Below, one piece after another: positions 58,405 to 64,000 of a DNA stretch of 64,000 bases. Made by a program: the position numbers and the translations under genes. Location of the stretch: assembly GCA_014905635.1 (NCBI GenBank), contig JABVCE010000005.1:248001-312000 (forward strand). The letters are read 5' to 3'. Position 1 is the stretch's first letter, and each line of letters opens with the position of its first letter. This stretch comes from Scenedesmus sp. PABB004. Its lineage: Eukaryota. The notes under the pieces are model-generated. The model was not told the DNA's origin, did not search any database, and saw only the letters and a program-made list of their open reading frames with translations.

Positions 58405-61137
58405 GCCGCGGGCCGGCCTGATGCGGCCGGGCGGCGGCGGCGCGGGCGGTGCCGCCGGCGAGCCGCCGGGGCACGTGCTGCCGGAGGACAGGCAGGAGGT
58501 TGCGGAGCGCCTGGCGCGCCTGCGCGCCGCGGGGGAGCTCGCGGGCCCCGAGGGCGGCGGCGGCGGCGAGCCCCGCGCGGCGCCCGGCTCGACGGCGGCG
58601 GCGCCGCCGCCGTCCGACGCCGCCTCGGCCCGCGGCGGTGGCGCGCCCGCGGCCGGCTGCGCCGTCGTCGGCACGGGCCCGGGCGGCGGCGACCGCGGCA
58701 CGCCCGCGCCGGCCGCGGCCGGCGGCGCCAGCGGCCCCGCGGACGGCGCGCTCGCAGCGCACGACGCGGCGGCCCGCGCCGCCGCGGTCGCCGGCGCGCT
58801 CGTCCACGTGGGGCGCGGCGTCGCGTCGGCCGCCGACCTGGCGGGCGTGGCGACCGACCCCGCCGGCGCGGACGACGGCGGCCCAACGGCGCCGCGCGCG
58901 TTCAGCTTCCGCCGCCACGGCGGCCAGCAGCAGGCGGCGAGCGGCGAGCACGGGCCGGCCTTTTTCGCCGCGGCAGCGCCGCCGCGCGCAGAGGCCGGCG
59001 GGGCGGAGGCCGGCGGCGGGGGCGAGCCGGGCGACGTCGCCGCGTGGGCCGCGCTCGCGGGCGCCGCCGTGCCGCCCGAGGCGGTGCGCGGCGCAGCGGC
59101 GCCCGGCGGCGACGCGGCGGCGCTCGTGGCCGCCACGGTGGCGACCGAGGAGCGGCGCTTCCGGCGCCCCAGCACGCCCGGCACGCCGGGCAGCCGCGGC
59201 AGCGGTGGGGGCCCGCCGCCGCCGCCGAGCCCGCGGGCTCGTCGCCGCGCCTCGGGAGCGGCAGCCCGCCGAGCGCCGCTGAGACTCGTGCGATCTACGA
59301 CCTTGTGCAGGCGGCGGTGCAGGAGCAGGAGCGCGCCGCGGCGGCGGGAGCCGCGGCGCCAGCGCCGCCAGCGCCGCCGCGCTTCGAGCTGCTGCCTGAC
59401 GCGGTCGCGCCGCCCGCGCCGGCGGCCGGCGCGGCCGCCGGCGCCGGCGGCGCGGCGCCGCAGCACCACCCGCTGTCGCCGCAGCACCTGCTGCTCTGCG
59501 GCATTGCGGCGGCCATGGGCGAGGAGGGCGCCGCCGCGCTGCGCGGCCAGTCCAGCGGCGACGAGTCGGGCGAGGAGGAGAGCTGCATCGCTGCGGCCGG
59601 CGGCGTGCCGACGCCGCTCTTCGGGGCGCACCCGCTGCCCGTTGACTCCCCGGGCGCCGCGCCGGCGCCGCCCGGCACCGGCCTGGCGCTGCCGGGCGTG
59701 CCGCTGCCGCGCGGCGCCGCAGGGCTGGGCCAGCCCGCCGGCGGCGCCGTGGTGGACCCGGGTGCTGTGGCCGCCCTCGAGGCGCTGCCCCACCTGGAGC
59801 GCCTGGCGTCGGACGGCGCCTGCGGCGGCCGCGGCGGCGAGCAGCGCCCGCCGCGCGGCGGGGGGGCCCCCGGGCCAGACCCCGGCGGTGGCGGCGGGAG
59901 CCCCGCGGCGCGCGGCGGCCTCGCGGCGCCGGGCGGGGTCGGGGTCATCATGCCAATCCTGGCCCCGCCCGGCGTCGAGACGGCGGAGGCGCTGGCGGGC
60001 CTCAGCAGCGGCAGCGACGCCAGCCTCGACCTGCTGGCCGCGCGCGGCGCGGCGCCGCCGCAGGCGCAGCCGCCTGGCAGCCCGACCGGCAGCGGCGAGC
60101 AGCTGCACGCGCCGGGCCTGGCAGCATCGCGGCAGTTTGACCCGCTGGTCGTGCAGCTCGCCTCGCAGCCGACGCCCAGCCTGGTGCCGCCGCAGCCGCC
60201 GGCGGGCGCCGCGGCGCCCGCCTGGTTTGGCGGCGAGCGCGGCGCGGCGCGCCCGCCGCCGGGCGAGGCCGCCGCGGCGGCGGCGGCGCCGGGCCTGGCC
60301 GCCGCGGCCGCGACAGCGCAGCACGCGGCGCACGAGGCGGCGGCGGCGGTGGCGGCGGCGGCGGCGCAGCCCGGCGAGGAGCTGCAGGAGGCGGTCGCCG
60401 CGGCGGAGCTCGCGGTGGCCGCGGGAGCGGAGATGCTGGCGGTGCTGGCGCAGGCGGGCGGCGGCGTGCCGCTGGCCGCCGGCTCAGAGGCGCTGCTGCG
60501 AGACAACCTCGCGGCCGCCGCGGCAGCGCTCGAGTCGGTCAACCCGCCCGGCGGGCTGCGCCGCCAGCGCACCGACAGCATCAGCCTCGGCGCCGGCGTG
60601 TCGGCGGCGCCCGGCGAGCTCGACGAGCTGCTGGCGGCCGCGAGCGGCGGCAGCGGCGGCAGCGGCGCGGCCGGCGGCGAGCCCGGCGGCACGGTCGCGC
60701 ACGAGCCCGAGCCGGCGCCGCTGCAGGGCGGCGCGTCGCCGCACGACGCCGGGCCCGCGCCCGCCGACCAGCCACCCGACGTCGCTGCGGGCGCTGCCAC
60801 GGGCGCCGCCGGCATCCACCGCGCCGCGACCGGCTCTGGCCACTTCCTCGGCGCGCTGCGCAGCGGCAGCGTCGGCGAGCCCGGTCGCGGCGGCGGCATG
60901 CATCGCGCGGACACCGATTCGGGCTACTTCCTGCCAGCGCCGCGGGGCGACCGCGCGCGCGAGCCCGCAGGCGCGGCCGCCGCGCCGCCAGCGGGCGACG
61001 ACGGCGACGCGTCGCCGCTGGCGCCGCCCGGGGGCCGCGCGGGCAGCAAGGCCGCCGGCAGCAGCCGCGGCAGCGAGAGCAACGGCAGCGCGACCACTGC
61101 CACCGACGACCTGCTGCTGCGGCGCGACATCGACTGA
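57722..61137 (+). CDS. Hypothetical Gly/Ala/Pro-rich, probably disordered protein (about 1140 aa)
   Basis: Two overlapping ORFs with protein-like composition join if the G-run at 59207-59211 lacks one base. No recognisable domain. Confidence 0.6.
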
Positions 61138-61393
61138 GTAGAGGGTTCCGGGCCTCGGGCGTGCCGTCGCGTGTGTGTGCTTGAGCGCAGCGCATGCAGG
61201 TGTGTTTCGCGTGCGTTGCCAGGGACCTCTGCCTTGCCTGGCCGACTGATCGCCGTGCGAGTGGCTGGCTGTTCGTGTGTCGTTGACCGCGCGCGATCCC
61301 GCCGTTGCAAGACAGGGGTGCGGCCCCGCCGCGGCGGGCCCGGGGGACGGTGCAAGTTGCTCGCCGAACCGGCTGCCGCTGCCCCCGCCGCAC

Positions 61394-61428
61394 TCAGGCC
61401 AGCTCAGGCCAGCTCAGGCCAGCTCAGG
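61394..61428. repeat. 10-bp tandem repeat (CTCAGGCCAG), about 3.5 copies, at the SNF2 gene stop
   Basis: CTCAGGCCAGCTCAGGCCAGCTCAGGCCAGCTCAG. Confidence 0.9.
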
Positions 61429-63051
61429 TGAGGTCGACGGCGTCCGCCGCGGCCTCGGCCGCCGCGAGCGCGGCCTTGACCGCGCGATACTCCTCGTACA
61501 TGCCCGCCCAGCGCGCGCGCCGCGCGGCCCCAAACTCGCCGCCCGCCGCGCGCGCGGCCTCCTCCGCGTGCAGCGCCTTTTTGAGCACGTGCCGCCGCGT
61601 GCGCAGCTCGTCCAGGCTCGGCGTGCGGCCGTCCAGCGTTGCGACGCCGAGCGCCGCGAGCGCCGAGCACGCGCCAGAGCCGCCGCCGCCGCCGCCCTGG
61701 CCCTGGCCGCTGCCGCGCGGCTGCGCGCGCTGCGGCTGCGGCTGCTGTGGCTGCTGCGGCTGCTGCTGCAGCCCGCCGTGCTGCCGCGGCGCCGACGCTG
61801 GCAGCGGCGGCGGGGGCCACGTTGCCCGCGGCTGCTGCTGCTGCTTATCGGCCGACTCGGCGCCGCCGTTGGTGATGTCGATCAGCGCCGCCGGCTGCCG
61901 CGCGCCGCCCGCCCCGGCCGCGGGCGCTGGTGGGGCTGCTCCTCCTCCGCCGCCGCCGGTGCGCGCGGCTTCGTGCCCCGGCGCCAGCCGCGCCAGCTCC
62001 GCCCGCGCCTTGTCCAGCGCGTGCTGCAGCTCCTGCTGCCGCGCTCGCAACTGCGGGCGCGGGCGTGGGCGCGGCACGGGGGCGCGCGTGCGTGCGCGGG
62101 GCGGGGCGCGCCGCGGCCGGCCGCGCGCACGCGCGCTCGCGGCGCCCCGCGTCGCGCGCACCTTGCTGCCGCCGTCGGGCAGGCGCGGCCCGAGCTGGTC
62201 GAGGTCTGTCGACACGCGCAGCAGCTGCGCCTCGCACAGCTTGACGCGGCTCACGAGCTGCTCCACCTGCGCCGCCTGCTGCTGCTGCTGCGCCTGCGCC
62301 TGCTGCTGCTCCGCCGCGCCGCCGCGCACGGTGATGTTGAGCGACGACAGCAGGCTGCTGAGCGCGCCCGCCGAGGGTGGCGGCGGCGCCGCGGCGCCGG
62401 CGGCGACGGGCACCGAGCCGCGCGCGCGCGCGCCGCCGCCGCGGGCGCCCGGCGGCGGCGCCGCGCCGGGCGGCGGCGCGCGCGGCACGCGCGTGAGGTC
62501 GAGCTCGGCTGCCTCGGGGTCGCCGTGGCTGAACAGCAGCCCGTGCTCGCTCGTGCCGGCGCAGAGCGGCAGGCCCTCCAGCCACGCGACGTGCGCGACG
62601 AGGTCGGGGTCGGGCGGCGCCCGCCGGCGCGGCGCGCGGGCGCGCCGTGCGTCTGGCGCAGCAGCTGCTGCGTCTCGCTCGCCGCCAGCGCGGCGGGGTC
62701 CCACTTGAAGAGCTCGTGCAGCTCCTGGTGCGTGAAGTACCTGCGCGGCAGCCGTGGGGTCATCGCGTGCGGCGCGGGCGGGGTCGCGTGCGGCGCGGGC
62801 GGGGGCGCGCGCGCGCGCGTGCAGCCGCCGCGCGCGCGCCCCGCCGCCGCCGCCGCGGTCCCCGGGCGCCGTGGGGACCCGCCACCCGCCGCCGCACCGC
62901 AGCTGCACGCCCTCCTCGGTGCCCGCGCGCGAGAGGCCGGCCTTGAAGACCTGCTTGCGGTAGATCTTCTCCTCCACCGTGCCGCACGTGACGAGGCGGT
63001 ACACCACAACGTCGCGCGCCTGTACCGCCGCACCACCGGGTGTGAGTGAGT

Positions 63052-63082
<31 letters not shown>

Positions 63083-64000
63083 CGGCAGCGGGCGGGGGCA
63101 GGCAGCGGGCGGGGCGGAGGCGGGATGAGCCGCGTCGGGGAGGGGCGCGGGGTGCAGGGCGCGGGGCGCAGCGCAGCGCCCTGGCGGCGGGCGCGGGACC
63201 CGCGGCGGCGGCGGCGCCGCGCCTGTCCGATGCGGTACGCGCGGTCGACGCTCTGGTTGTCGCTCGCGGGGTTCCAGCTCGGGTCCACGATCACCACACG
63301 GTCGGCCGCAGTCAGCGTCAGGCCCAGGCCCCCACCTGCGCGCGCGAGCGTCGGGGCCGGGGTGGCGGCGCGCGCCTGGTGCGCCTGGTGCGCCTGGCCG
63401 CCGCCCACAGCACCAGCAGCCCCAGCAGCCCCCCCAGGGCCGCGCCTGCGTGGTGAGCAGGAAGACGGGCAGCTCCCGCCCCGCCGCCTGGAAGCGCGCG
63501 ACCTCGGCCTGCCGCGCCTCGGCCGACGCGAGCCCGCCGTCGATGCGGCAGAAGGCCCACCCAGCGGACGCCACGATCGACTGCGGCGGGCGCGCGCCGG
63601 TCAGCCAGCAGGGAGACGGCAAGCGCCAGCGGGCGAAGGCGCGTCACTCGTGCCGAGCGCGGTGCCTCCTGCCTCCTGCCTGCTGCCTCCTGCCTCCTCC
63701 CTCCCGCCTCCCGCCTCGCTTCCCGCCGCCCGCCTCCCGCACTCCCGCCGCTGCGGGCGCCGCCACACCACCGCCGCCGCACCTGCAGAATGTCCAGCAT
63801 GACGCGGCTCTGGCTGAACACGAGCGTGCGGTGCCCGCCCGCCACGAGCACCTCCAGCAGCTGCCCCACAAACAGCGCCTTGCACGACGCGGCGCCGCCG
63901 CGCGCGCCCTGCAGCAGGCGCGACTCGAGGCCCTCCGCCGCCGCCCAGGACACAAACTCGTCGCTGAAGCCGCCCGCGTCGAGCTCCTCCGCGAGCGTCG
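61424..64000 (-). CDS. SNF2-family ATPase, CHR24/ERCC6L(PICH)-like, 3' part only
   Basis: [92 protein letters not shown] and [12 protein letters not shown]. Confidence 0.92.
63663..63740. repeat. Degenerate 7-bp repeat (TGCCTCC/CGCCTCC), intronic
   Basis: Repeated GCCTCCT/GCCTCCC units. Confidence 0.75.

Overview
This is eukaryotic nuclear DNA with extremely high GC (visually about 75-80%). It is gene-dense, has many short introns (about 90-220 bp) and carries TGTAA poly(A) signals. That style fits a chlorophycean green alga; a Sphaeropleales/Selenastraceae-like lineage is my inference from style only. I assembled 20 protein-coding genes by hand, most of them spliced: VPS13-like (partial), F-box/LRR, MYND-finger, DNA ligase I, BTB-Kelch, plastid glutamyl endopeptidase, primase small subunit, a small acylated RGG protein, ATG7, SECIS-binding protein 2, an orphan, CFAP69, aldo-keto reductase, a PRMT7/9-like methyltransferase, a mitochondrial carrier, MsrB, a fasciclin protein, PurU, a low-complexity orphan and a CHR24/ERCC6L-like SNF2 ATPase (partial). 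I saw no mobile element, CRISPR array or RNA gene, and most long ORFs in the supplied track are GC-driven shadow frames. The most interesting signals are: at least 16 GC-AG introns; a hidden myristoylated/palmitoylated protein with an RGG tail; an MsrB with a thylakoid-lumen Tat signal; a PRMT whose intact and degenerate modules are in reversed order; a giant SBP2 with zinc fingers and polyQ; and complementary telomere-like tracts in LIG1 introns. Six apparent frameshifts all fall in short G/C runs and are probably assembly errors. All calls come from reading motifs by eye; no database search was run.
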